Below are positions 1-11,900 of a stretch of 64,000 nucleotides of DNA, piece by piece. Within the stretch, counting starts at the first letter, position 1, and each line of letters opens with the position of its first letter. Below the pieces are notes generated by a model. The model ran no database searches and was not told the origin of the DNA. It worked only from the letters and a program-made list of their open reading frames with translations. This stretch comes from Octopus sinensis (taxonomy: Eukaryota). The stretch covers positions 25,606,001-25,670,000 of the forward strand of contig NC_043001.1 in assembly GCF_006345805.1 (NCBI RefSeq), read 5' to 3'. A program made the translations under genes and the position numbers.

Positions 1-41
1 ATCATTCTTATTGTCCTTCTATCCATATATTTACTACTCCT

Positions 42-275
42 GAGAGCGGCAAACCGGCAGAAATGTTAGCATGCCGGGCGAAATGCGTAGCCGTATTTCG
101 TCTGCCGTTACATTCTGAGTTCAAATTCCGCCGAGGTTGACTTTGCCTTTCATCCTTTCGGGGTCGATAAATTAAGTACCAGTTACTCACTGGGGTCGAT
201 ATAATCGACTTAATCCGTTTGTCTGTCTTTGTTTGTCCCCTCTGTGTTTAGCCCCTTGTGAGTAGTAAAGAAATA
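42..275 (+). mobile_element. tRNA-derived SINE (family 2)
   Basis: ggcagaaatgttagcatgccgggcg...gagttcaaattccgccgaggt...ggggtcgat body; copies at 15575-15970 (tandem), 16415-16652, 58192-58385, 8995-9205 (-). Confidence 0.8.
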
Positions 276-816
276 CCTATAATTACTACTCCTGTTCACC
301 ATTCCCATCATTCACCTATGTACGTCTGACCACCTCCACCCCCATGTTTATATCTATCTCTCACCATCCCCTTATATTCTAACAACCCGTGCTCCTGATT
401 CTCCTGTCTCGAGGCTCTTTTCTACTCATCTTCTTGAATATATTACCTTGATGGTATGTCACCACCATATTTACCTCTCTTTGTTGTATAGGCAGGACAT
501 CCAGCTGTAGAAACTCTGCCAGATCAGATTGGAGTCTGGTGTAGCCATCTGGTTCGCCAAACCTCAGTCAAATCGTCCAACCCATGCTAGCATGGAAAGC
601 AGACGTTAAATGATGATGATGATGATGATGACTCCCATCCACTCGTAAAATATGAAGCTACCGTAAATCTCCCCCACAACAAACCTCTCTCTACCCTTCC
701 TATCATACATTAACCGTTCAACATCTTATGTAAATCAAGTATTTTATTTCCTATTACTTCTGTCAGGCAAGAGGACTCTTAAGTCTTGTGAGTTACAAAG
801 TAACCTCATTAGTGTT

Positions 817-1232
817 ATACTCTTTACTCTCTTTTACTTGTTTCAGTCATTTGACTGTGGCCATGCTGGAGCACCACCTTCAGTCGAGCAAATTGACCCC
901 AGGACTTATTCTTTGTAAACCTAGTACTTATTCTATCGGTCTCTTTTGCCGAACCACTAAGTTATGGGGACATAAACACACCAGCATCGGTTGTCAAGCA
1001 ATGTTGGGGGGACAAACACAGACACACAGACATACAGACATATACACACGCACATGATATATATATATACGACGGGCTTCTTTCAGTTTCCATCTACCAA
1101 ATCCACTCACAAGGCTTTGGTCAGCCTGAGGCTATAGTTGAAGACACTTGCCCAAGGTGCCACGCAGTGGGACTGAACCCGGAACCAAGTGGCTGGTAAG
1201 CAAGCCACTTACCACACAGCCACTCTTATGCC
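817..1232 (-). mobile_element. tRNA-derived SINE (family 1)
   Basis: Minus-strand tRNA-like head (ggctgtgtggtaag...ggttccgggttcagtccc), internal (CA/TA)n, tail gactgaaacaagtaaaagag; other copies at 8120-8503, 25435-25775, 41590-41895, 42221-42575. Confidence 0.82.
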
Positions 1233-1616
1233 TATGACAAAATTACTGTAAAGTAGTTGGCGTTTGGAAAGGCATCGAGCTGTAGAAATCATACCAAAAC
1301 TGAAATACTGAAACATAGCATGGTTCTACAACTCATTGAATCTTGTCAAACTATTCAACCCATAACTTTATGGAAAGTGTACATAAAAATTATGATAATG
1401 ATAACAGCAAAGGTAACTGCAGTGGCAATGAAGTAGTTTCTGTTCCTGAAAAAGAAGGTTATTGTTTTGTGATGCAGTTTTAGATATATTTTGTATGTGG
1501 GGATCATAAAACAAGATTATCAGAGATTATTAAGCTTCGTTATAGCAAGTTTGAGGATTTTAATTGCATGTTGTCCTAAACCAGAAAGGATGAGGTACAG
1601 AATTGTTTTCCTTGAT

Positions 1617-2100
1617 CATCATCATCATCACCATCGTTTAACGTCCGTTTTCCATGCTAGCATGGGTTGGATGGTTTGACCGGGGTCTGGGAAGCCAGGA
1701 AGCTGCACCAGGCTCCAGTCTGATTTGGCAGTGTTTCTACAGCTGGATGCCCTTCCTAATGCCAAATACTCCGTAAGTGTAGTGGGTGCTTTTTACGTGC
1801 CAGGGGAGGCTGGCAACGGCCACGATTGGTTGGTGCCTTTTACGTGCCACTGGCACGGAAGCCAGTCAAGGTGGCGCTGGCACTGGCCATGTTCAGATGG
1901 TGCTTTTTATGTACCACTCACAGATATCACAACTACAATTTCCATTTGATTTTTATTTTGATGTTGATGTACCTGACTCAATAGGTCTTCTCAAGCACAG
2001 CAGGTTTCCCTACGATCCAAGGTAAGCACTGCAGGCCGTCCTGCAATCCAAGGTACTTTGGATGGGCTGGGGCTGCTATGTGAAGCTGGTGTAGGAAATG
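1617..2100 (-). mobile_element. RTE-family 3' UTR retrocopy
   Basis: (CAT)n plus conserved catgctagcatgggttgg...ctacagctggatgcccttcc block; sister copies at 4455-4770, 10170-10385, 19025-19232, 24810-25410, 26372-26900, 55575-55920 (-) and 490-630, 12340-12548, 31395-31655 (+). Confidence 0.8.
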
Positions 2101-5036
2101 ATCTATATATAACTAAAGATCTCAACAATACTTTATCAAATAAAGTGAGTACCCTACTATTAGAGCAATGCATCATTCTTTTACAATCAGTTTTTATAGT
2201 CCACTTTTTTTCATATATTCCTTTGACTGAAGAACTTTCAGGGAGTGAAAGAAAATTTTATACCATTTGTTACAATTATGTTATTAAAATATTTTGAAGT
2301 TATTTTATGTTATATCTGTTCTGATGAAATACATGTGAATGATCCGCTTCCCCTAATATAATATATTTGAATGTTTCTTTTATAGATTTTGTCAAATAAA
2401 ACCCTTTATTAGAAGCAATTATAATGAATTCATAACATCATGACATGTACAACTGTATGACTACTTATTAAATTATACTTGCATGTAATTAAGAAAGCAC
2501 ACTTAGTATATATGAAACAAAATTTTAGCTTTTGATATTTTAAATTATGTTATTCTGTATATAAGTATATACTTATTGTATAGGATGGCATAAAAGATAC
2601 ATGAGCACTTTAGATGCACATCAGTTCCAGCAGTGCATATACAAGAAAAAAGTGTTTACAGCATTAAAGTATGTAATGTAGAGCCACCTTTATATATAGG
2701 ACCCAAGGCAAATTTTTTTGGAATGTTTATTTAAAAAAAGTGTCTTATATGCCATCAAATACAATATTTTTTAGTACACCTGAAACACAAAAGTATCTGT
2801 TTGAATACTGGTAAATCCTTCATATCTTTCTAGCATATTGGTTAATATTTGTTTAACAATGCTGGTCATTGTCATCACATCTGAGCATGCAGTTCTAAAA
2901 TTTACGAATCAAGATGTGATTCTTGTTTTAGCTACGGTTGGATGATTATTAATAAAAATTTACTTGTGATATTAGGATAACAACTGCTTAGAAACTCCCT
3001 CAATGGCTTGACTAACATTGTATAGTTTGCCTTTAAAATAGTCTTAATATGAGCTTATCCTTTGAATTGCATTACTTTTAATTTTTATACAGATAAAATA
3101 CTCCACAGAAAGAATTGCTCTGCATTAAAGGAAGTCAAGAATTTTCCAAAGCAGATTATGGTAATAATTTCCTCATCATACTTCATCTTTTCATCTCTTG
3201 AAATCAACCTCCATCTCTCTCTCTCTCTCTTTCTCTCTCCCTCCCTCTTATTCTCCTTTCAGTCATGGCAATTTTTTAGTCTTGCCAATTACAAGGTGAC
3301 CTCACTTGTGCAGGTGCCATGAACACAGTACCCTGTACTTTGAATTGGCTGTACATGTTCATGGATAGTAGTCCTAATCTGTTGCTCAATTTTGTATCAC
3401 CACCTAGTCTTTTGGTGCCTTTAGCAGATCTCAATACTTGCAGTAGAATGGAATTTTCAAGTCAGATTGTGGTAATGATTTAACTTCTGGTTAAGAAGGC
3501 ATCTGGTTATGAATGGCATCCATCTGTAGAGACCACCCCAAAACTAAAACATTGGAAAGCAGTGCAGGCTTCTATTCCATCAGGTCCTGTCAAACTATTG
3601 AATTATATGATTTTATACTTACTTACATTGACATTAGCTGCAATCCTTGAAAATTTCCGTTTCCATTAAGGTACAGCTATCGGATCTGGGAATGTTACCT
3701 GAAATAAACTGGCATTCTCTTCAGCTGTTTTTTTTTTTATATTCAAGTTTGAGACTAGTTTAGTATCAATCTATATTTATTGATAGTTAGGCTTTCATGC
3801 AACTAGTGATTCTGATGATCACAGTCACATGTCAGACTTTTCATTCTCTTTTCTGTGTTCTGAATTGCAAAGCATCGAAGTGTTTTACTGAAACAAAGAA
3901 TGAAATTAGAGTATATACTGAAGAAGCTTTTAAAACCTTCTTGCATGTATCTATGGCTATTTCTGCTAAAATATTTTGTTCATGCTTTAATCATTTATAG
4001 ATTGAACGTTTGTATTGTTTATCTATTTCCAGTATTGCATCTATTTATCCATGCTTTCTCAGTGTACAACTAAGTCTATAACTTAACCATAATGCAGGAG
4101 TGGAAGACATTAGTACTCTAGACTTGAGATAAACATTGTTCTACTCCTTATCTACACACAGAAGGCTCATAGACAGATTTAAAATCACTGCTACATGATC
4201 AGCAGTATAGTTCCTTAACTTCACTGCCACACTACTTCTCCAATTGTTTATTAGTGTTAGTAGACAATAGTTGCAGGCATAGCCCTGTTGTTAACAAGTT
4301 TGCTTCACAAGCATAGGGTTCCAGGTTTCATCTCACTACACATCATTTTGGGCAAGCATCTGCTGACCTTGGATCAACCCAAGCCTAAGTGAGATTTAGT
4401 AGGTGGGAACTGAGCAGAAGCCACTTGAATTGGCTGTACATGTTTATGGATCATAATCATCATCATTTAACGTCCGCTTTCCATGCTAGCACGGGTTGAA
4501 CGATTTGACTGAGGACTGGCAAACCAGATGGCTGCACCAGGCTCCAATCTGATCTGGCAGAGTTTCTACAGCTGGATGCCCTTCCTAACACCAACTACTT
4601 CGAGAGTGTAGTGGGTGCTTTTACGTTCCACCGGCATGAGAGCCAGTCAGGTGGTACTGGCAACAATCACGGTCAAATGGTATTTTTTACGTGCCACCTG
4701 CACAGGAGCCAGTCCAGCGGTACTGGCAATGACCTTGCTCAAATATTTTTTCATGTGTCACCAGCCCAAGTGCCAGTTGCTCAGTTTTGTATCACCACCT
4801 AGTCTTTTGGTGCCTTTAGCAGGTCTTAATACTTGCAGTAGAATGGAATTTTCAAGTCAGATTGTGGTAATGATTTAACTTAAAGACACAGGCATGGCTA
4901 TCTGGTTAAGAAGTTTGCTTTGAAATCACATAGTTTTAGGTGCAGTTCTGCTGCATAGCACTTTGGGCAAGTGTCTTCTGCTATAGCCTCAGGCTAATCA
5001 AAATCTTGTGAGCAGATTTAGTTGATATAAATTGTA

Positions 5037-6665
5037 TTGGGTCATCCCATAAATAATGCAGTTTTTTCAATTGCATGAACTAAAAGTCAGGAGGATGGGA
5101 TAAACTACCTGCATCAACTTCTATAAAAGCAGGGAGTAATTTTACATCGTCCTTATTCATAGTTCAAGTTTTGAAGAGTGCAGTTCGATTTTAACAGTTA
5201 TGTTTTCAAAGCTATCACTATAATAGAACTGAGAAAGGAGCATATTCGGCATATTTTGCTTTATGAGTTCAATAAAGGCAACAACACAATGGAAAGTGCA
5301 AGAAATATTAATAAGCATAAGAAATATTAATAAGCCAGTATCAACAGTAGTTCCAGAAATTCCTAGTCAGAAACTACAGCCTAGAAAATGAGCTTTGTCC
5401 TGGAAGATCTGTAGAGCTCGACAAGGATGTCCTGCAAAGCTTGATGGAACAAAATCCCATCATAACTGTTGAGCTACCAGAGAAGCTTGGATTTGGTCAC
5501 TCAACAACTCATTGACACCTGCGTGCTATCGGAAAAGTCAGCGAATTGGGTTAATGGGTCCCTCACAAACTTTCCAAGTCTAATCACACACAGTGAGTGA
5601 ATGTGTGCTCTTCTCTGCTGTCACATCTCCTGAATGAATCTTTGGACTGAATAGTGACTGGTGATGAGAAATGGGTTCTCTATGAAAATATGAAGAGCTG
5701 AAGGCAGTGGGTAGGGAAAGGAGAAACACTGGCACTCCAGGCTAAAGAAGGTCTTCACTCATGTAAGATGTTGTTATCTGTTTGGTGGGATATGAAAAGT
5801 TTAGTCCACTTTGAACTTTTAAACCCAAACCAAACAATAACGAAGATCTACTGTAAGCAGCTGGAGCAGCTTAAGTCAGCACTAGAAGAAAAACAACCAT
5901 CTTTGGTTTCAAGACAAAAGGTATTCTTCCATCAGGATAATGCTCGGCCACACACAATGAGGATGACATTCCAAAGGCTGGAGCAGTTTGAGTGGGAAAC
6001 GATGCTCTACCTACCATATTCACCAGACATTGCCCCATCTGATTATCATTTATTTTGTAGTCTTCAAAATCATTTGGATGAAAAAAATATGAATCCTGTA
6101 GTCGAGGTCAGAGCAGTACTGGAGAAGTATTTTTCATCACAGACGAGTGAATTTTGGAAGAGGGGCTTTGCAGGTCTACCAGACAGATGGAAGAACATTG
6201 TAGAAAATGGAGAGGATATCTCTCTATATATAAACGGCAAAATGTCTGTGTGTGTGTCCTTTATACAAATCCACAATTTTTCAGTTAGAGGGCTCGCACT
6301 TTCTATGGTCATTCAAAACCTTCCAAGGGTGGTCGTGCACATCTTTACATTTCCCCAGTCACCCCGCAAAGCCATTAAAAAATCAATAGAAGTGACTTTT
6401 TTGTGAATTTTCTATCCAAAACCCAATCAAAATGCCCGAAACTTGATACGCCAATTGAATGCCAGCTAGCTGTATGTGATTGCTCAGAGATTTGGACAGT
6501 ACTCACGTGTATGTACACACACATGCAGCTGTATATGCATGCACTAGTATTATGACATGGCGTTGTCGGGTCATAGTGCTAGTTATATATTAAAAAAGAA
6601 CTTTATCTTAATCTTGGAAAATAAAAGAAGTATAAAAAAAGCGCATTATATATGGGATGACCCAG
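5037..6665 (+). mobile_element. Mariner (DD34D) DNA transposon, degenerate
   Basis: TIRs ttgggtcatcccataaataatgc / gcattatatatgggatgacccag flanked by TA; transposase remnants GDEKW, HQDNARPH, YSPDIAPSDYHLF with upstream stops. Confidence 0.92.
6219..6582 (+). mobile_element. Non-autonomous Helitron-like element nested in the mariner
   Basis: Starts TCTCTCTATATATAAA and ends ...gtcgggtcatagtgCTAG; inserted between A and T at the transposase C-terminus. Confidence 0.65.
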
Positions 6666-7385
6666 TATGTGTGAGTATATGTTTGTGTCTTCTCGCCTTG
6701 ACATCACATGTTAGTGTAAATGAGTGTCACTATCACATAAGTAGTGTCATTGTGGTGCACCTGAGTAGTGTCATTGTGGTGCACTTGTGGTGCACCTGAG
6801 CACTGTATACAATAATTTCATTATTATCATTATTATTCATTTCCAAAATTCTGCAACGATATGTCTGGCTATGGAGAAATGTTACCTTGCTTGAAAACAG
6901 GTGAGGATTGGCAACAGGAAGGGCTTCCAGCTGTAGAAATTCTGCCTCAAAAAACTGCACCTGACCCATACAAGCACAGAAAAGTGGATGTTAAATAATA
7001 TTGATGCCCAGTTATATGAATGTTATTCATGCTAACATTCTGACATTAGCAGTACTTCTTGAAAAAATTTTCTTAATATGGTATTGCCATTAAAGAATAA
7101 TTACTAGAGATGTTACCTGAAACAAACTAGCATTTTTCCAGCAGGATATTTGATTTAGTTTGGAATCTTATGTTATTCAATATGTATTGATAACTGGTCA
7201 ATAGTCTGACAATAACTTGATATATTTGTGTCAAGCTTTCTATTGTAGTAGCCTGTATGTTGTGGTTTCTTATTTTCCTCTCCATCAGTCAAGGCTGCTG
7301 CATTACCTTGTCAGAAAAATCATTAAACACACACACACAAAGGAATATTACACATCCAGAATACCGTAACTTGCTTTATATTTAA

Positions 7386-7772
7386 CTAGCAGTATCGCCC
7401 GGCGTTGCTCGGGTTTGTAAGGGAAATAACTATATAAGCATTTTTAGAGTTATAGCCAAAAAATAGCAAAAAAATGCATTAAAAATGGAAAAAAAATTAT
7501 GGTAAATATTTTTTAAAAATCGTTGACTCATCGTAGACATTTTTAGAGAGTTACTTCCCTTATATAATAGCGAAAAAATGCATTAAAATGGAAAAAAAAT
7601 GATGGTAAATTTTTTTTAAAATCGTAGACGCACGCTAATACCCAGAAGGGCTCGATATGAATCACGACTATAAGATACCCGGTTTTGGTTAAACTGCACC
7701 GCAAAATGTGGGAGTAGTTAGGAATCTAAATCGTAGGAGACAGACACACAACCTTACTTTTATATATAAAGA
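7386..7772 (-). mobile_element. Non-autonomous Helitron-like element
   Basis: Minus strand 5' TCTTTATATATAAAAG; 3' hairpin cccgagcaacgccggg followed by CTAG. Confidence 0.7.
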
Positions 7773-7925
7773 TAAACACTGTATGAGTTTTTGTTGTTGC
7801 ATTACCCCAGGACTGCCACAGGAAGTAGATCTGTAAATAAATGCATTCAAATCATAACCTATTTTCAAACACAGTGTATCTCAGATTGCAGCAACTGATT
7901 TGTCCTCTTTTTTAAAGATAGTAGG

Positions 7926-8057
7926 ATGTTATTTGAGAGAGACTTGGCTGCTGTTTCTAGTAGGTCAAATGATTCTTTAGTGACTCCATCAATAGCTAAG
8001 CAAGTTCTAAAGATTACTAAAATACACAATCCTGGTCCTACAATTTTTAAAATAAAC
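7926..8057 (+). CDS. Possible upstream TK2 exon (MLFERDLAAVSSRSNDSLVTPSIAKQVLKITKIHNPGPTIFKIN)
   Basis: Pyrimidine tract plus AG at 7917, then a stop-free frame from ATG 7926 in phase with the P-loop exon. The donor is weak or absent. Confidence 0.3.
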
Positions 8058-8850
8058 GTCTTCAATTAATTTCATTGCTTTTATAGAAATGGAAATTAGT
8101 TTTGAAAGAACTAAATAATAGGTGCAGGCATGGCTATGTGGTCAGAAAGCTTGCTCTGTAACTACATGATTTCAGGTTCAGTTCCACTCTGTGGTACCTT
8201 GGGCAAGTGTCTTCTGCTATAACCCAGGGTCAATCAATGCCTTGTTAGTGAATTTGGTAGATGCAGAGGCCTATTGTGCATATGTATGTATGTGTGTGTT
8301 TGTCCTACCACCAACATTTGACAAATGATGTTGGCTTATTTACCTGCCCATAACTTACCAGTTCAGCAAAAGAGACAGACAAAAAAAAACTACCAGACTT
8401 CAAAAATAATTACTGGGAACAATTTGTTTGACTAAACTCTTCAGGGCAGTGCTCCAGCATGGCCACAGTCCAATGACTGAAACAAGTAAATGATAAAAGA
8501 TAATGCATTTTTCAAAACAGGATAAATGTCTAAAGCCAATTTCATAATTTTTATGGAGACATTAATTTGTTTTGAGAAGAATACAAATATTGATTAAAAA
8601 AACAAATTATGTAATCTGTAAAAGAGAATTAAGTTTTAAGAAGAAAGCATTACTTTATTCTGTTGTGTCTGGGGAGGGTCATTCTCTTTTAGTGCCTTAT
8701 TAACACACTCGCTGGAAAAGTTTCCATTCATTTATTTTTCCAAAAGTTTTCATTGCATCTTGCAACCTTTTCAATAGTTGTTACTTTATCCGTTATATCA
8801 CTCATATAACATCTTGATTCAAATTAATCTTTTGGTGTATATACATGTAG

Positions 8851-8925
8851 GTATCTGTTGAAGGAAATATTGGCTGTGGGAAGACAACATTGCTGAATTA
8901 TTTTGACCAGTTTGATAATGTTGAG
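8851..8925 (+). CDS. TK2: TK2-like exon (P-loop, [25 protein letters not shown])
   Basis: tag| acceptor, |gtaag donor, dNK P-loop. Confidence 0.93.
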
Positions 8926-11900
8926 GTAAGTAAAATTAGTAACATGGTTCACCGAAGATTATTTTTGTTATAGATTTGTCTACTGATTCTTTTCTGCTCT
9001 AGGCACAAGACCCAAAATTTTTGGGGAGAGGGCCAGTTGATTAGATCGACCCTAGTATGCAACTGGTACTTAATTTATTGACCCCAAAAGGATGAAAGGC
9101 AAAGTCGACCTTGGTGGAATTTGAACTCAGAATGTAAAGACAGATGAAATACCACTAAGCATTTTGCCTGGCATACTAATGTTTCTGCCAGCTTGCTGCC
9201 TTTTTATCTACAAGATATTGAAGTAGCAAAAATATCTATAGAAGGGACAAAAACTGTACTGCATAAATATTTTACCCAATCATAAAGTTTTCCTCATGAA
9301 AGTTGAAGCTATGATGTGTTTACCTTGGAATGTTCTATTCTTACATGTAAATTAGCAGAAACTATCAATATATTCAAGTATAATAATGAACTTATACAGA
9401 GTTCAGGTGTACTATAACTCATCAGAAAAAATAGCCAAAAGTGCATGAACAGTATGTAGAATAAAGCACAGAAAGTGAATAGTGAATGAGTCATTAAAAA
9501 AAAAAGAGGTAAGGTTGACATCAGGTGTATTGTTGGTGAATTTCAGGAAGCATGGAAGTTTTGAAGGATGCAGTGTCTTAGCAGCCAACAACTAATGCAG
9601 ATAGTTTATTCCATGCTTCTGCAATTCTGAGCAGGAAAAAATGTTTCTGAAAACCATGGGGGTTGTGTTGTTTTTTGATTTTGTAAGCATGTCCATGAGT
9701 GTTAGACATATCAAATTCAAAAGGGTGCCCAAACTTGTTGGAAAGATAGTGGATAGTCTTGTGGGTGTCTACCAAGTCAGTTGCCAGACGTCAGAGCTTT
9801 GTACTAAAATATAAATAATATAAATAAACCAGTCACATCACCTTATATGTGAATCATGGCAGTGTTTATCTATAATTAAAAGGCAGTATCTAATTTTTGA
9901 CAGGTGCAAGCATTGTTGTAGGTACTGGCATGGTTCTAACCTCAGGCATGGGTTACACACACATACATATATAGAATTTATAATTTATTTATTATATAAA
10001 TTAATTTTGTTTTGTAGACAATGCAAGAACCAATAGAGCAATGGATAAATGTTGATGGCCATAATTCTTTGGTGAGTTTGTTCTTCTTCTAAATTTCATT
10101 TATACAACTTTGAATGTAAAACGATTGTGGAGGTTTGTGGCTTAGTGATTAGGGTTTTGTACCTCTCATCATCATCATCATACATCCATTTTCAATGTTG
10201 GCATGGGTTGGACAGTTTGACAGGAGCTGGCAAGCCAGAGGGCTGCACCAGGCTCCAGTCTTCTGTTGTGGCATGGTTCCTATGGCTGGATGCCCTTCCT
10301 AATGCCAATAACTTTACAGAGTGTACTGGGTGCTTTTTACATGGCAGCAACACAGATGCTTTTTTACATGACACCAGCACTGGAGTAAGATTGTGGCTTT
10401 TGGTTTCTGGACCAGGTAATTCTTTTGTGTTCTTGAACAAATCACTTTGTTCCAATCGATTCAGTTGGTAAAAATGAGTAATCTCATGATAGACCAGTGT
10501 TCTATCCAACAGGGAATATATATACATTATTTACATTCAATGGATATTTGTCCTCATCTTGTTTGTTGTTAGCACAACGTTTCTGCTGATATACCTTCCA
10601 GCCTTCTTCAGGTTTCTTGGGGAAATTTCGAACCGGGTTCTCATTCCTAAGGTATTCTTCGATGTTATTATTATTATTATTGTTCAGGTCATTACTTGGA
10701 ATCGAACTCGGAATCTTGGGGTTAGTAGCCCACACTCTTAACCACTATGCCATATGAAGAATACCTTAGGAATGAGAACCCAGGTTTGAAATTTCCCCAA
10801 GACACCTGAAAAAGGCTGGAGGGTATATCAGCTGAAACGTAATAACAATAAACAAGATGAGGACAAATATCCGTCAAATGTAAATAATGTAAATAATGTA
10901 CATAATTCCTCATCTCTTAAATATAGAACTGTATTAGGGAATATATATATGCCACAGAGTCTGGAAAACCAGCCTTATGAGCTTATGACTCTGGAAAGAC
11001 CATTGATTCCATTTTTTTGTCATGGGGTTATTTGAAACAAATGCTTATGTTTAACTTTAGGCCATTTTATTTGAGCCTATTCTTCTATTTCAAAAAGTGC
11101 AACTCCTTAAATGTAAGGTTTTGACTTTAGCAAAATGAATGTGCATGTATGATAGAGTGTAAGCATCTTGAGAGAAAAATTGGGCATAAGAGGCATCAGA
11201 TGTGATGTGCAAGAGAGAAGACTGCGCTGGTATGGTCATCTGATGCTTATAGATGAGGACAGCTGTGTAAAGAAGTGTCAATTTCTAACTGTGGAGGGAG
11301 CTTGTGGAAGAGGTAGACCCAGGAAGACATGGGACGAGGTGGTGAAGCATGTTCTTCGGATGTTGGGTTTCACGGAGGTGATGACAAGTGATTGAGACCT
11401 TTGGTGATTTGCTGTGCTTCAGAAGACTCATGAAGCCAAGTGAAATCATAGTCATGGTTAGTGCTGATGACACTAGCACCTGTGCTGCTGACACGTAAAA
11501 GTCAGCTGTGGTTGGCATTAGGAAGGCCATCCAAGCATAGAAACCAAGCCAAATCAGACTGGAATCTGGTACCAATTCCAGTCAAACCGTCATAACCCAT
11601 GCTAGCTTGGAAAACAGATACTATATGATGATGATGACAGTGGTGGTGTTGAGAATGAAGGATTCTATTTGTTTTTCTAAAGATGTTTCTAATTATGCTG
11701 GTTGTAATTAACCTTATATAATTGTTAATGCACAAATTTTGTTACTAACATATTCTATCAACAAACTAATTTCTGAAAGAAAATAACGTTTCATTTTTTA
11801 AAACTTTTTTTTCTTAGGAACAACTGTATCAAGATCCGTCACGGTGGAGTTTCACGTTTAACAGCCATGCATTACTGACCCGAGTTGACTTGCATACCAG

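Noticed and set aside
1484-2145. Exon-like pieces (YVGIIKQDYQRLL...; YITKDLNNTLSNK|gtgagt) as 5' TK2 exons
   Set aside because: No recognisable homology or phase-consistent link; surrounded by RTE insertions.
10698-10752. Functional tRNA gene (likewise the other SINE heads)
   Set aside because: Incomplete cloverleaf embedded in a repeat; these are SINE-type heads.
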